Shown here: in pieces, positions 1-13,154 of the stretch | Position numbering within the stretch: the stretch's first letter is position 1 | How the letters are laid out: every line of letters begins with the position of its first letter | The notes under the pieces: model-generated | What the model was told of the DNA's origin: nothing | Databases searched by the model: none | The model's input: only the letters and a program-made list of their open reading frames with translations | Position numbers and translations under genes: made by a program | Assembly (NCBI GenBank): GCA_002104945.1 | Contig: MCFH01000082.1 | Location: 1 to 64,000, forward strand | Direction of reading: 5' to 3' | From: Piromyces finnis finn | Lineage: Eukaryota > Fungi > Neocallimastigomycota | Length of the DNA: 64,000 nucleotides

Positions 1-699
1 TTTCCATTAAATCAATGTTATAAATATATTTATAATCATTGATGCAATTTCTTCTATTTATTAATATTAATAAGGTTTACAAATATAAAACCATATTTAA
101 AGATTTCTAACATTAATAATAAAAAGAATTTAATTACTGAATTTGACTATAATTAAATAATTTTATCATATAATTAAAAATTTTATATTTTATAAATCAC
201 TATTAAAAATTATTAAAATATTTCTATATAGCGATAATTAGAATGTATAATTGATTTAATTGAGTGTAAAAAATGAAAATTTTTTATATTAATAATCTCA
301 AAATTGAATTAATTTTATGTATTATTTATTAACTTATTATGTTATTGATCAACAATTGTCAATGTTTAAAAAATTTGAAGGGGGTTACTAAGATGAAGAA
401 ATAGTGTGACAGGTCAATATGACTAGGATAATTAATGGAGAGCATAATTTAATTTCAAGGTACTATTTGTTCAATTCTAAGTCTAATTGAAAGTCAAATA
501 CAGATATTATACTAGAGTATAGAATTGTCCTTCTTTCTTTAAAATTATTGGAGTACAATATACCTATTTATTTTTATTTTTTTTTTTAATTTTTAAATTA
601 TTTTAAATACATTATTATAGTATTAATTAAAATAAGAACAGATTACTTTATATTTTAATAAGAAATATAATAAATAAATTGTGTTAATATACTTAGAAC

Positions 700-1480
700 T
701 AAAATCGGAGTTTTAATTATTCTATTAATGTTGTTTTATGAAAAATTCATCAAAGTAAATTTAGAAATCTTTTGAATTAGATATCGAATTTCAAAGAATT
801 AGTTAAATATTAAATAATATTACTAAAATTTATATGTTTCTAAAATGATTGATTACATCCTTCATTAATAGAAAAATTAGGTTTTATAGAAATTAATTAA
901 ATTAGTTTTATTTTTGTAATAAAAGGCAAGGCATTCAATTTATATTAATATTCTTAGAATTAATACTGATAGAAAACTCAAACATTATATTAATATTAAT
1001 ATATTAAGCAATGATTAAAAATTTGAGAAAAAATGAAAGAAAGTGTTTTAATTTCATGATATATGACTTTAATTAAATCTAAAGTAGTTTTTTCGTATTA
1101 TTAGAGAAAAATCCTGAAATTATTAAAATAAAATTCATTAAGTTTGAGATTTAAAGAAAAAAAATTTTAATTTTTTTTGCATTTTTTATAAGTATAAATG
1201 ATATCCTAGAAGTTAAGTTATTAGTTAATTCATGATCTGAATTAAATTTTATTAGAACTTAATTTGATAGAGATTAAAAAATTAATATAATTCTGAGGTT
1301 GATGAACCTTTTCAAATTTCGATTATTATTATTAAGGTTATAAAGGTTTGGTAAAAATAAGAAATCTAGAAAGAAAAATATTAATAAGAGAATTAAATAT
1401 ATCATTTCTAAAATAATTTATTAATGTAATATTAAGAATATAAATGTATCATTTATTGTTAAAATAATTCCATGAAGGAA
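700..1480 (+). pseudogene. Heavily decayed Ty3/Gypsy gag-protease relic (related to element D)
   Basis: Manual translation gives FQRIS..TKIYMFLK..HPSLIEKLGFIE (approx 780-900), matching D Gag FQRISQ..SAKIYMFLKG..LREKLAFIE. ttaattcatgatctgaattaaattttatt at approx 1225 resembles the LIDSGSELN protease motif. Many stops; bounds approx. Confidence 0.5.
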
Positions 1481-1616
1481 TAATAATAAATTAAATAAAA
1501 TTAATAATATAAATTTTATATTTTTCAAAAATTACGAGTTAAAGATATCTTAAATAAAAATATAAAAAAAATTGTTTCCTCATAGATCTATAATTGAGAG
1601 GTCAAGGTTTTACACA

Positions 1617-1845
1617 TGTAAAGTCAGACACTAAACCGAATAGATTAGGATATCTAACCTATTACAAAACAATACTAAAACTAGGGGTTTGAATTGAGAA
1701 TTTTAATTTATTTTGTTTTAAACTTTAATTATTAATAAATAAATTATGTCCCATTTTCTTTTTCTGTAATATAATTCGTGTAGCTTAAACAATAAAATTT
1801 ATGACTTAAGTTACATTAAAGATATCAAACTCTGGCATCTTTACA
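1617..1845 (-). mobile_element. 3' LTR (family Y, internally deleted) of Gypsy element E
   Basis: TG..CA ends (tgtaaag/ctttaca). On the minus strand it directly follows a purine tract agagagagag (PPT) downstream of a chromodomain ORF, which identifies Y as the LTR of family E. Confidence 0.8.
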
Positions 1846-2637
1846 ATCTCTCTCTCTAATTCGAGCTCCTGCAATATTAATTTATTGAGAGTTTATTCTC
1901 GAAGGAATCTCAATTACAAATGGTTGATATCTGTGGTTGATTAGATTACCAACTTTATTCTTTTTGTTTTCCTAGAGTGCTCATTCGATTTAGCCTTGAA
2001 CTTTTTAGAGTTTCTTTCAAACTCTTGTATCAATTGTTTATCTGGAATTTGGTCTTCAGAAATCCAGGTGGATTTGTCAAATCCTTTCCACGATAACTTA
2101 AAAAATGTTTCACCGTTAACAGATTTCATCTTCTCAATTTTTTCTGGAATTTTTTTCAATCAAATCTGTGTTAAGATGAATATTTCTCTTCCTGCTATTA
2201 AACCTATCGTTAAACTCGTTTTCAAAATATGATTCTAACAATGAGACATGAAAGACTGGACGACATCTCATTGTCTTTGGGAGTTTCAATTTAAAAGCGA
2301 GAGAACTAACTTTATCAATTATTTCAAATGGACCAAGCATTTGAGGTGCTAGTTTCTTCTTCAAGTTAGTTCCAGGCGAATCTTTCAATAATTATAACTT
2401 CTTTCCCACTTCGAATTCTGGGGGAATCATTCTCTTCATATCAGCATATTTCTTATATGTTTTTTTTTTTTGCTTTTTCTAAATTTTGTTTTAATAATCT
2501 AAAGTTTTCGTTCATATCAATTACTCTTTGTTCAGCTCTACTAGGTCTATCATTAGCTGGAATTTCTAAGCTGAACTTTGGATGAAAACTATAATTGGAA
2601 AAGAATGGGATTGATTTATAGATTGCTGTAAAGTATT
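1846..2637 (-). pseudogene. pol: Gypsy element E fragment: integrase C-terminus (GPF motif) and chromodomain
   Basis: ORF 2134-2388 LGPFEIIDKVSSLAFKLKLP..PVFHVSLLE; ORF 1941-2159 FFKLSWKGFDKSTWISED (chromodomain). Frameshifted, and cut at 2637 by element A. Confidence 0.85.
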
Positions 2638-3075
2638 TGTAACGTATAAAGGTTTTGTACCTTTTCCAAGAAATTATATTTCGGGGTTCTCCAAGCTGGA
2701 TTCGCCGTCAGGTTGTTGGACGCTGACCTACTTGTCATGTGTTCGACTCCGGGTTCTCTATATTATGGATTAAATATAGCGATTGCTATATTTAATCCAT
2801 AATATTTGTCTATTTCTATTTCTTCTATTTTATTTAAACAATTGAAGTTACCAATCATTATGAATAATGTTTATTCATAATTATTAAATAAAAATATTTA
2901 TAAATAGTAAATATAAATAATTTATAAAATTCATGTAAAATTTAGTCTTAAGAATTAGAATTAAGGTTAATTTGTATTAATAATATTAAATAATCAAATT
3001 ATTAATAAAATATACTATTAATACAAAAAATAGTTAATTAGTATTGTGTTAGCCTGAGTTTTTCGCGTTGTTACA
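2638..3075 (+). repeat. 5' LTR of element A (438 bp)
   Basis: tgtaacg...gttaca; direct repeat of 8225-8593 plus a 69-bp extra segment containing a palindrome. Confidence 0.92.
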
Positions 3076-3086
3076 ATACTAATTCT
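3076..3086 (+). promoter_or_regulatory. Self-priming type PBS of element A (atactaattct)
   Basis: Reverse complement agaattagtat occurs perfectly in the 3' LTR (8469-8479) and with 1 mismatch in the 5' LTR (2951-2961). No TGG tRNA-type PBS follows the LTR. Confidence 0.7.
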
Positions 3087-3247
3087 CTAAGAAAAAAAAG
3101 ACTTACCTTAACACAATAATAACTTAACCCCTTTATAAAAATTAATAAAACTATTTTCTAATAAAACATTTTAAATATGTCTTATAACCCTTTCAACATT
3201 TTCACTACCGCTCAGCTTCTTCCTCTCAACAAAGCCAAGCACCTACT

Positions 3248-4008
3248 GTGGACCCTCTTATGCTGGACTATGTGCTACCGATAGGAAATCCAAGCAAATT
3301 CTCAGGAAAAAGTATGGATCTTGAAGGATTTATTCAACATTGTGAATTAATCTTTCAATTAAGAAGCATTCTATTGCGCTCGGACGCCCATAAGACAGCT
3401 TTTATGTTTTCCTATATGGAAGGGGATGCCAAACTCTTCGTAGCTCACTTGATCCAAGAAAGAAATCCAGTTATGAACAGTTATCCTAGCTTTGTTTCCT
3501 TACTTAGAAGAGTATTTGGTAATCTTGACATTGTATTCAATGCCAACCAAATTATTATGGCATTGAAACAAGAACGTATAGGTGAAGTATTTCAATACAT
3601 CAAAGATTTTGAACAAGCCTCAATCCATCTTGGATGGAATCAACCGGCCCTCGTCTCAAAATTATTGATGGATTACATGATAAAGTCAAAGCCGAGTTAT
3701 TAATGCGTGGTGAGGATATACCAACCCTTCTTGCTGCGTTTCATAGAACTATGATAATCGACCCAAGCCTTATTAAGAAACATAATATTTCCAGAAGTTA
3801 CCGTGGTGTTTCTCTTTATAATCAATTTGTGCGAAAGATGAGAAATGAGGATCAAAATCCTTTTACCCGTTCCACTCAATCTGATGTTAAAAGACGTGGT
3901 CCTTTATCTGCTGAAGAAAAGCAAAAACGCCGTGATCAAGGTCTGTGTATGCATTGTGGTGTCAAGGATCATTTGGTCACTTCCTGTCCTAAAGTTCCAA
4001 AAAACTAA
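3248..4008 (+). pseudogene. gag: Element A gag (split by one frameshift)
   Basis: ORFs 3248-3703 and 3634-4008; retrotransposon Gag-like FSG..LEGFIQHCELIF and C-terminal CMHCGVKDHLVTSC zinc knuckle. Confidence 0.85.
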
Positions 4009-4045
4009 CTTCTAGAGTAGATTCTGAGCCTAAATCTTACTCTAG
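3999..4045 (+). promoter_or_regulatory. -1 programmed ribosomal frameshift site (A AAA AAC) plus downstream stem-loop
   Basis: Heptamer 3999-4005 immediately before the gag stop. The -1 frame is open into the protease ORF at 4152. Stem ctagagta-gat / atc-t-tactctag at 4012-4045, 6 nt downstream. Confidence 0.7.
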
Positions 4046-7000
4046 TACAAACCCCTTTGAAGCTAAGCCTTCTACCAATAATACACACCATCCAAAATAT
4101 TATAATCCATTCATTCCCTTAGATAAATACCTTATTTTCCCGTTCACCATTATGATTAATAATAACCCATGCGATATCTCAATCTTGGTTGATTCAGGTG
4201 CTATTGAAAACACTATCTCCAAATTTTTTATTGAGAAATATAGTATTCCAGTATCGGATTCAAAAATATCTGGAACCATTGACTGTGGTGGGAATACTTC
4301 TAATATTTTGGGAATGACTAAATCTCTTAGGATTATGTAAAGTCAGACACTAAACGAATAGATTAGGATATCTAACCTATTACAATAACAAAAATTTGAA
4401 AAATAAAATAAAAAATTGTTTATAAAATATCTTTATTATAATAGAATTTAATAATAAAATTACATCGATAAATGATGAAAATATCTTCTATTATATTTTC
4501 CTAAATACATTTATATATTATAACTATTTTTCTTATATTATTATTTAAATCTACACTAAATCTTAATTATTAATAAATATTTAACTATAACTATTTTAGT
4601 AAATACAATTGGCAATTCAAATTAAGTACATTTAATTTGAATATTGCCATGTTTATTATATATTATCATTTATTATTTATCTATTTCTATAAAAAAACAA
4701 TACTAAAACTAGGATTTAAATTGAGAATATTAATTTACTTGTTAACATTAAAATAAATTAATAATTTTTTTTTTAACTTTAATTATTAATAATAAATTAT
4801 GTTCATTTTTTTTCTGATATAATTTGTGTAACTTAAACAATATATTGTGGCTTAAGTTACATTAAAGATATCAAACAGAGCGTTTATATCTTTACAGATT
4901 ATATTTAAAGATGAATCATTTTCTATTCAATTCATAATCACAAATGATGATTCTCTACCTCCAATTATTGGTACCTCTTGGCTCAATTCAAATAGGGCAG
5001 TCGTAGATTTTGATTGTAAAAAATTGCATTTTAAAAAAGATGTATCCAAATTTGAAATTAATAAATCATATTTTAAACCTAATTGCGAAAATCCTCAGTG
5101 TAATGACTCTTGTGTTTCAACAAATAATTCGGATATTCATCTTCACTCAATCTCTTCAACTCCCTCTTCATCTTCTATTGATTCCTCCATCCCTGCTTCC
5201 TCTCCGGTAAGTAAATCTGATTCTAGCACTTCTCACCGTTCTCCAACGTCATATTCTCAAAAATTTTCAATTTATATCACTTGTCCATCTATAGATTCAC
5301 CTTCAAAAACACCCTCTATTCCGGATTTTTACATTGACTTTAAGGACGTCTTTTCTGAAAAAGCAGCAAACGAACTTCCCCGCATAGACCTTACGACTGT
5401 AGAATCGATTTAAAACCCGACTCTTCTCTCCTTACGGCCCAATTTACTCTCTTACTGTGGAGGAAACAAGGACACTTGATTATATTAAAGAAAACTTAGA
5501 AAAGAACTTCATTCGGAAGTCTATCTCCCCAGCCGGCGCCCCTGTCTTATTCGTTCAAAAAAAAGATAATTCGCTTCGGATGTGCATTGACTACAGAAAA
5601 CTCAACGATATCACTATTAGGAACTCCTATCCCCTTCCGCTAATCAATGATCTTCTTGAAAAAGTCAGTGGAGCTAAATTCTTCATTAAGCTCGATCTTC
5701 GTTCCGCATACAACTTTGTTCGAATTAAGGAAGGTGATGAATATAAAACGGCTTTCAACACTAGATTTGGTCATTTTGAGTATTTAGTCATGCCGTTCGA
5801 TCTTAAAAATGCCCCAGCTACCTTCCAGCATTTCATCAGCGATATTTTAAGTGATTTCCTCGACGACTTTGCCTTCGCCTACATTGATGATATTCTCATT
5901 TTTTCCAATACATTAGAGGAACATCATAAGATCATAAGCATGTTCGCTTAATTCTCGAACGTCTTCTCAAGAATAACCTCTATGTTAAACTCAAAGAATG
6001 CGAATTCGATGTCCCTGAAATTGATTTTGTTGGTCACCATCTTTCTGGTTCTGATATACAATGGAAAAGAATAAAGTAGACGCCATTCTTAATTGGCCTC
6101 TTCCCCAAAATACAAAACATATCCAACAATTCATGGGTCTCTGTAATTACTACAGGCGCTTTATAAAAATTTTTCAAAAATAGCTGCGCCCTTGACTCGA
6201 TTATTAAAGAAAAATGTTCCTTTCATTATGGAATCTTCTACCGTCTCAGCTTTCAATAATTTAAAAAAGCTTTCCTTTCCGCCAGTCTCCTTCGCCATGC
6301 CGATCCGAACAAACCTTTCATTATTGAATCCGACACTCCAGTAACTTCGCTATCGGTAGTGTCCTTCTTCAAGAATTTTATGGTTCTCTTCACCCTGTTT
6401 CTTTCTTCTCGAGAGCTTTAACCAACGCCGAATGTAATTACCCAATTTACGACAAGGAACTCCTTGCTATCAAAGAAGCCTTTCAGACCTGGAGGCACCA
6501 TCTTGAAGGTGCCAATCACCAAATCACTGTCTTTCCGATCATCGTAATCTTCTTTTTGAGCGTAAACCAGATCATCTTTCCCAACGAAATATCCGCTGGA
6601 GTATCTTCTTCTCTCGTTTTGATTTTGTTATTAAATACAAACCTGGTTCGAAGAATAAGCTGATTGCTTGTCTCGTAGACCTGGTTATGAACATAAAGTT
6701 TCTAATTCAGGTTCATTCTTAACACTTCTAATTTTACTAGCATTTCCTCCGTTATTTCTCTAAGTGATAGCTCTCTATTAGAAAAGATTCGTTCAGCCCT
6801 ACCTTCAGATCCTTACTTCAATTCTACAAACAACTCCAGAAGACTTAATCTCCACAATTCTACTTTCACTTTCAAGGATGGTATTCTTCTTTACAACTTT
6901 AAGATTTACATTCCCAAATACTTCGTGTTGAAATTCTTCAATCCCATCATAATTCCCCTTCTTCCGGACATTTCGGTATTAGGAAAACTCTCGAACTTAT

Positions 7001-8211
7001 TAGTAGAAACTTTTGGTGGAAGAGCTTGAGGTGGGATGTACGCAGATTTGTAAATTCATGTGATACGTGTAATAGAAACAAAAACAGCAATCATAAACCA
7101 TATGGATTTCTTCAAACAATCTCAATCCCCGAAAAGCAATAGTCTTCAATATATCTTGATTTCATTACAGATTACCAAAATCGATCAATTATTCTGCTAT
7201 CCTAACAGTGGTGGATAGATTATCAAAGATGGGTCATTTCATTCACTTAGAAAGCTTCCCTCAGCTGAAGAAACTGCACAACTTATCTTGGATAATGTAT
7301 TCAGACTACATGGTGTTCCAAAGGAAATTATATCAGATCGCGGTTCACAATTCAATTCCAAATTCTTCCAACATTTTTGTAAGGTACTGCACTGTGAATC
7401 CAAACTTTCAACTGCTCATCACCAACAGACTGATGGGCAAACGGAAAAGCTTAATAGTATAATTGAACAGTATCTCAGGTGTTTCACTAATAGTAAACAT
7501 TCTGACTGGAGTTCGTATATTTCATTCGCAGAATTTGCCTATAACAATGCTATTCAGGAATCCATTATAATGTCACCTTTCAAGGCCAACTTAAAGTATG
7601 ATCCAGAATTCTTAATTGATCTTCCAATAACGTCCTTAGTTCCCGAAGCAGAAAAAGTTGTATGTGACATTGGTACGACACTTGACAAACTAAAGGAAAA
7701 TATGAAAGAAGCCCAAGAAAAGTTTAAAGAGTATGCTGATAAGAAAAGACAAGTGCCTCCCAGTTTAAATGTAAGCGACAAAGTATGGTTGCTCTATCCC
7801 AAAAGAAAAACAAATATGAAGAAATTAGATCCTAGGAAATCGGGACCATATGAAATTATTGAATGCTTAGAAAATCAAAATTTCAAGTTAAAATTATCCA
7901 AACGAGACCGAAGACACCCCATTTTCCATATATCTAATCTTGAGCCCTATATTGAGAATACCTTTGAAAACCGAGACATTCAAAAGCGCCTCCCATTTTA
8001 GTAAACGATGAACTAGAGTATGAAGTAAACGAAATATTGGATTCTAGAATTAACAACGGAGCACTTCAGTATCTTGTTGATTGGAAAGGATATCCTACTG
8101 AAGATCGTTCATGGGATAACGCAGAAGACATACATGCCCCCGAATTACTGAAAGCTTTCCACAAAAAGTTTCCAGACAAACCACATTCAATGTCGTCTGG
8201 AATCCGACATT
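4009..8211 (+). pseudogene. pol: Element A pol (PR-RT-RNase H-IN-chromodomain), disrupted
   Basis: ORF pieces 4152-4340, 5024-5413, 5457-5951, 7288-8001; chromodomain YEVNEILDSR..YLVDWKGYP..SW at approx 8010-8130. Multiple frameshifts and an LTR insertion. Confidence 0.9.
4336..4896 (-). mobile_element. Solo LTR, family Y, inserted in the protease domain of A
   Basis: TG..CA ends; perfect 5-bp TSD GATTA (4331-4335 / 4897-4901); the protease frame resumes after it. Confidence 0.92.
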
Positions 8212-8224
8212 AGAAGGAGGGCAT

Positions 8225-8593
8225 TGTAACGTATAAAGGTTTTGTATCTTTTCACAAAAATTGTATTTCGGGGTTCTCCATGCTGGATTCGCCGTCAGGT
8301 TGTTGGACGCTGACATACTTTCATGTGTTCGACTCCGGGTTCTCTATTTTATTTAAACAATTGAAGTTACCAATCAATATGAATAATGTTTATTCATAAT
8401 TATTAAATAAGAATATTTATAAATAGTAAATATAAATAATTTATAAAATTCATGTAAATTTAGTCTTTAGAATTAGTATTAAGGTTAATTTGTATTAATA
8501 ATATAAAATAATCAAATTATTAATAAAATATACTATTAATACAAAAAATAGTTAATTAGTATTGTATTAACCTGAGTCTCTCGTGTTGTTACA
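8225..8593 (+). repeat. 3' LTR of element A (369 bp)
   Basis: Follows the PPT; repeat of 2638-3075 lacking the 69-bp segment. Confidence 0.92.
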
Positions 8594-8688
8594 GAAATGT
8601 ATAGATAATATAAATGTATTTAGTAAAAATATAAATAGGATATTATTCATAATTTAATCGATGTAATTGTTATTAAAATTTTTATTAC

Positions 8689-9625
8689 TGTAACGAATAC
8701 TGTAAAAGGTTTCTTATATTATTAGTTAATATGTTATATAACTAGTCAATTAAGTTAGTTATTACCTCTCTATACGAGTTAATAACTAAATAAAGTTTTA
8801 TAAAAAAATAATAAAAGAAGGAAAATAAATATTATAACACAAAAATAAATATAAATGTATATAAATATTATTATGAAATAAATTTACTTAAATAATTATT
8901 TTTAATTATATCTTTTATTTATTTAGTATAATTATAATACATTAATTATTATTATAGTTACTAATTTACTTTAATACTAACGCTAAAGTATTTAACATTA
9001 GTTTTAACTATACTATTTAACTATATGAGTTTATTTTCTTTACCACTTGATTGGGTAAAGCAAATAAACTTCCTATTTAATTAATAACCATTAATATATG
9101 GTTATACTTATATCTGGCCAATAAATGGTGACCAGAATATATGGTTTCAATTGAAATATTTGTGGGCAAACTTATGGCCACAAATATTTCTTACAAATAC
9201 TAGAAATGACTAAATTGTCTTAGTGGTTAGTAGCTAAGACTTTGAGTCTGAATGACACTAGTTAAAGACCTAATAGATACTATTTTAAAAATTATGATTT
9301 TATTTATTTTATTTTATTTTTAAATTTTATTTTATATGAAGATTATTGATTGGTTAAGAATTTTAAGTTGAAAAAATTTTATAAATTAATTTAAAAAATT
9401 TTCAGTATAAATACGAGTGAATTTTCCCAAATATTTTAAAGAATCGAGATTTTATTAATAAATAATTATATTATTAAACACTAACTTATTAAGTTAAATT
9501 CTATGTGTTTTTAATGATATTTTTATAAATTAATAATTTACAGAATATTTTAAAGTGTTAATATTACTAAGTTATTTAGTAAATATTATAATTTGTTTTT
9601 ATTGTTAAAGACACATTTCTTTACA
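8689..9625 (+). mobile_element. Solo LTR, family Z (related to the LTR of C), containing W
   Basis: tgtaacgaatac...ctttaca; TSD ATTAC (8684-8688 / 9626-9630). Confidence 0.9.
8701..9195 (+). mobile_element. Solo LTR-like element W, copy 1 (495 bp; orientation by similarity to copy 2 only)
   Basis: tgtaaaagg...ttcttaca; TSD AATAC (8696-8700 / 9196-9200); inserted after nt 12 of the Z LTR. Confidence 0.9.
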
Positions 9626-11129
9626 ATTACAATAAATTTATAAAAAACTATTTTTATAAAAAAATATTTTATTTTGTGTTGTTATTGTAATAGATTAGAC
9701 ATATCCTAATCTATTCGATTTTGTGTTTAGTTTTACATATATATTATTATTAAAAACCTATGCTAAAATATTAATTATTAATAAAATAATTTAAACTATA
9801 ACTATTTTAGTATACTAAAATGGGTAATTATTAGCTTAAATTATATTAAAGATATAATGAAATAGCATTTAATATTGATATATTGATAACTTTACATATA
9901 CTTTTATTATCGGGAATTTTGTTTTGTAGTTTTTTGAGGTTAATTTAAAGTGGATGATATATATTTCAACTACTTCATATCTATAATAAAAATTTAGAAG
10001 TTGAATATAATATTCTTTTATTTATGTAAAATGTTGTTTATTTAACTGACATATCTATTTCATTCTCAAGTAATCAAGTAAGAGTTCTTTGCTTAATTAG
10101 CTCTGATTTAAAATATATTATAAATGTTTAAAGGATTTATACATATTCTGAAATCTTAATATATATAAATTTGATTTTAATTTATATTTTAAATTAAAAA
10201 ATTAATTATATATTAGAATATAATACTATTAAATATAAATATATAATTTATAAAAAAGAAATTAATATTTTATATTTTTATTTTAAATGCTAAATAAAAA
10301 ATATTTTAAAAAAATTTATTTTTATTTTAATTTTGTATTTTATTAATTCAAAAACTGGTAATCTGATTAATATTATAAGTAATAAATATTAAATTAGCAT
10401 AAGAGTTCATAAATAGCATACCAAATTAATCTACTCCATTTTGTTTCTTTGATAATATTATTTCCAGTTTAAAATTAACTAGACATGCCAGTTTCATTAT
10501 ATGCCTTTATTTTTTTTTAAGTGTAATTTAAAATTCATAATATTTTAAAAATTTTATTTTTTTTTCATAATACTAATTGGAAGATATTATATTATTAATA
10601 ACAATTTATTATTATATAAATAATGCTAATTAATTTGAAATAACTTTAATATATTATGTTAGTACATTTTATGATTTTTTAAACAAAATATCAATTTTTA
10701 ATTTAAAACCAATATATTTATTTAATTTATTATTTATCTTTGTAATTAGTTTTAAATATAATATTATATAATATAAATAATTAATCCTAAAAATGATGTA
10801 AAAACCTTATTTATATATTTAGATAGAACTATATTTTTATCCAAATTGGTTAATAATAGATATATTTTAACCTGTACATTATTCAATTTAATAATAAGAA
10901 TACAATATGTTCAAGTCACGCGACAAAAATTTTATTATATATTAATTATTCGTTAAACTATATTAATTTATACTTTATTTCTTGTTTAAGGTCGTATTTA
11001 TTAGTAATAAAAAGATATACTAATTTAAAGTGCTAGTTAAGCTCATACAACAATCACGTGATATATTACACTTAAAAATTAATTTATTTCATAATAATAA
11101 GTATATTTTGTAAATTTTCAGCTCTTAAT

Positions 11130-11676
11130 GTAATTACCGTTTTATCATGGTTGTAAAGGCGTTTATTTAGCATATATAAGGCTTATAGTTCGAAATTGCA
11201 GATGTCAGTGCACGTGGATTTTACATATTGAATTTTGATATGAGTTGGGTTATAATATCCAGATAAATATTAATGCACTTTAAAACTTACTACTATGATA
11301 TTAGCACTCATCCAGTAGGCCAGAGAGGGGCAAAGTGTATATGGTACATTTCAAATTGGAACTTTATAAGTGTTAGGTTTGACTATGCTAAATAGAGAAG
11401 CAACAATCCTAAATCAATTTAAGTGTAATCATTAAGAGGTACTTGTCACGTGATCATTATTGAATATAAGAGGCTTAGCATTATGTTTGGAAATATTGTA
11501 GAACGATATGCATCTAGTGTACATGGATTAAGTAAGCGTCGAAGCTGAAGATTCAGTATAACAAATCAGGAGGAGTCACAATTACTTAGCAATAGGAAAA
11601 AGCCAACATTTCTCTAAGAACCACCATTGGGGCTTACTCTGATTGATGGGAGAAGTGCAATTGAAGTTAAAAAAAA
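11130..11676 (+). mobile_element. tRNA-derived SINE, copy 1 (old)
   Basis: Colinear with the reverse complement of 59864-60398 over the whole length; short A tail 11669-11676; degenerate TSD ttcagctcttaat / ttagctctttat. Confidence 0.8.
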
Positions 11677-12822
11677 TTAGCTCTTTATAATATTTCTATC
11701 ACTACTGTTATCAATATTTTATATTATGGTATCGTATAAATATAGCTTACAATTTGATTATTTAATGCTTACATTATTCATATTATTTAATAGATTATTT
11801 TAATTATTGGCCTTAAATATGTATTAATAAAAATAAGACTTGTAAAGTATTATTAATAAAAAATTAAATAATGGTATATAAAAGCATTTAAATAAAATTT
11901 GAATAATAAGAAAACTATATTATATTTAATATTATAGACATTAAAATTATCTTAAAATATTTATCATAAATATAGATAAGAAATAATAATACTATTTTTT
12001 TAATGTTAAAAGAAAGTTTTTAAATTTTTAGTAAGTATTATTAATTTGTTGAATAAATTCAATTTAAATGTTAAAATACTACTTATATGAGATTCTTAAA
12101 TTCTAATTACATTTATATATATACTTTAATAAAATAAATTTGAAAATAGTTTATATATGCTTAACATTTACAATAAATAAAAGAAATTTAAATTTTTTTG
12201 AAAATCCAATTTTTTTAAAAGAATGCATTAACAATTTTAAAATATATTTATAAAATAATAATATTATCTAATTTTGATGTTATATATAGTTGGTATAATC
12301 AGATTTATATATTGTTAAAACTTCAATTCGAAAAATTATCGACGTTTATTAATAACTACTCTTTAAAATCCATATTACTAGTTTTCCGTAAATATGTCAA
12401 TGAAATACATCTCTTCCTGAAATGTCTCAAAGTTTAAAATGTGATTAAATGTGAATTCTTAGAACCTATTACTACCAAATAAGTCTCACCTTTCTGAGAA
12501 TTGATCTAAATTATATCAAAATTATTATATATGCTTGTTTAATTTTTTTACTATTATAATCTTGAAAAAAATTTTAAAAATTTAAATCTAAAATGAAGTG
12601 ATTAAATATTTTTCTATTTATTATTTAAATTATTTAGTTTGTTCTGGATTGAATATTTTATGTTAAATGTGTTTTGTTAAATTATAAATATTTTACACTT
12701 TGAAAAGTCTGTTTAAATTTTAAAAACTTACATTTTGTTAAAATTTTATATTTTAATAATTAACTTAATATTCCAATTTATTTTATAATCATGTGAAAAT
12801 ATAAATCTCGATTGATCAATAT

Positions 12823-13153
12823 TGTAAAGCTAGACACAAAATCGAATAGATTAGGATATCTAATATTTTACAATAAAAATACAGAATAAAATATGTTTTT
12901 ATAAAAAGAATTTTTTAATTAATTTTTAAATAAGATTGTTAATAACAATTACATCGATAAAATGATGAAAAATATCTTCTGTTTATATTTTTTCTAAATA
13001 TATTTATTTCCTATACATTATTATTTAAAATCTATACTAAAATCTTAATTATTAATAAAATATTTAAACTATAATCTATTTTGGTAAAATACAATCTGCA
13101 ATTCAAATTAAGTACTATTCAATTTGAATATGTGCCCATGTATTATTGATATA
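12823..13153 (-). mobile_element. Truncated family Y LTR
   Basis: Starts tgtaaagctagacacaaaatcgaatagattaggatatc (reverse of the Y U5 end); interrupted by SINE copy 2. Confidence 0.8.
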
Positions 13154-13154
13154 A

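Larger units (their letters stand above)
2638..8593 (+). mobile_element. Ty3/Gypsy chromovirus element A (decayed, full-length structure)
   Basis: LTRs 2638-3075 and 8225-8593; gag with CCHC knuckle; PR (LVDSGA), RT (YIDD), RNase H, IN, chromodomain; PPT agaaggaggg 8212-8221. Flanks GTATT and GAAAT do not match. Confidence 0.95.
8594..9737 (+). mobile_element. 3' part of a family Y LTR, split by solo LTR Z
   Basis: 8594-8688 and 9626-9737 match Y (aaatgtatttag..atcgatgtaattgtt..; ends tagttttaca). Confidence 0.8.

Noticed and set aside
4336-4896. Family Y as a MITE/DNA transposon
   Set aside because: TG..CA ends, 5-bp TSDs and a position right after a PPT at 1846 identify it as an LTR.
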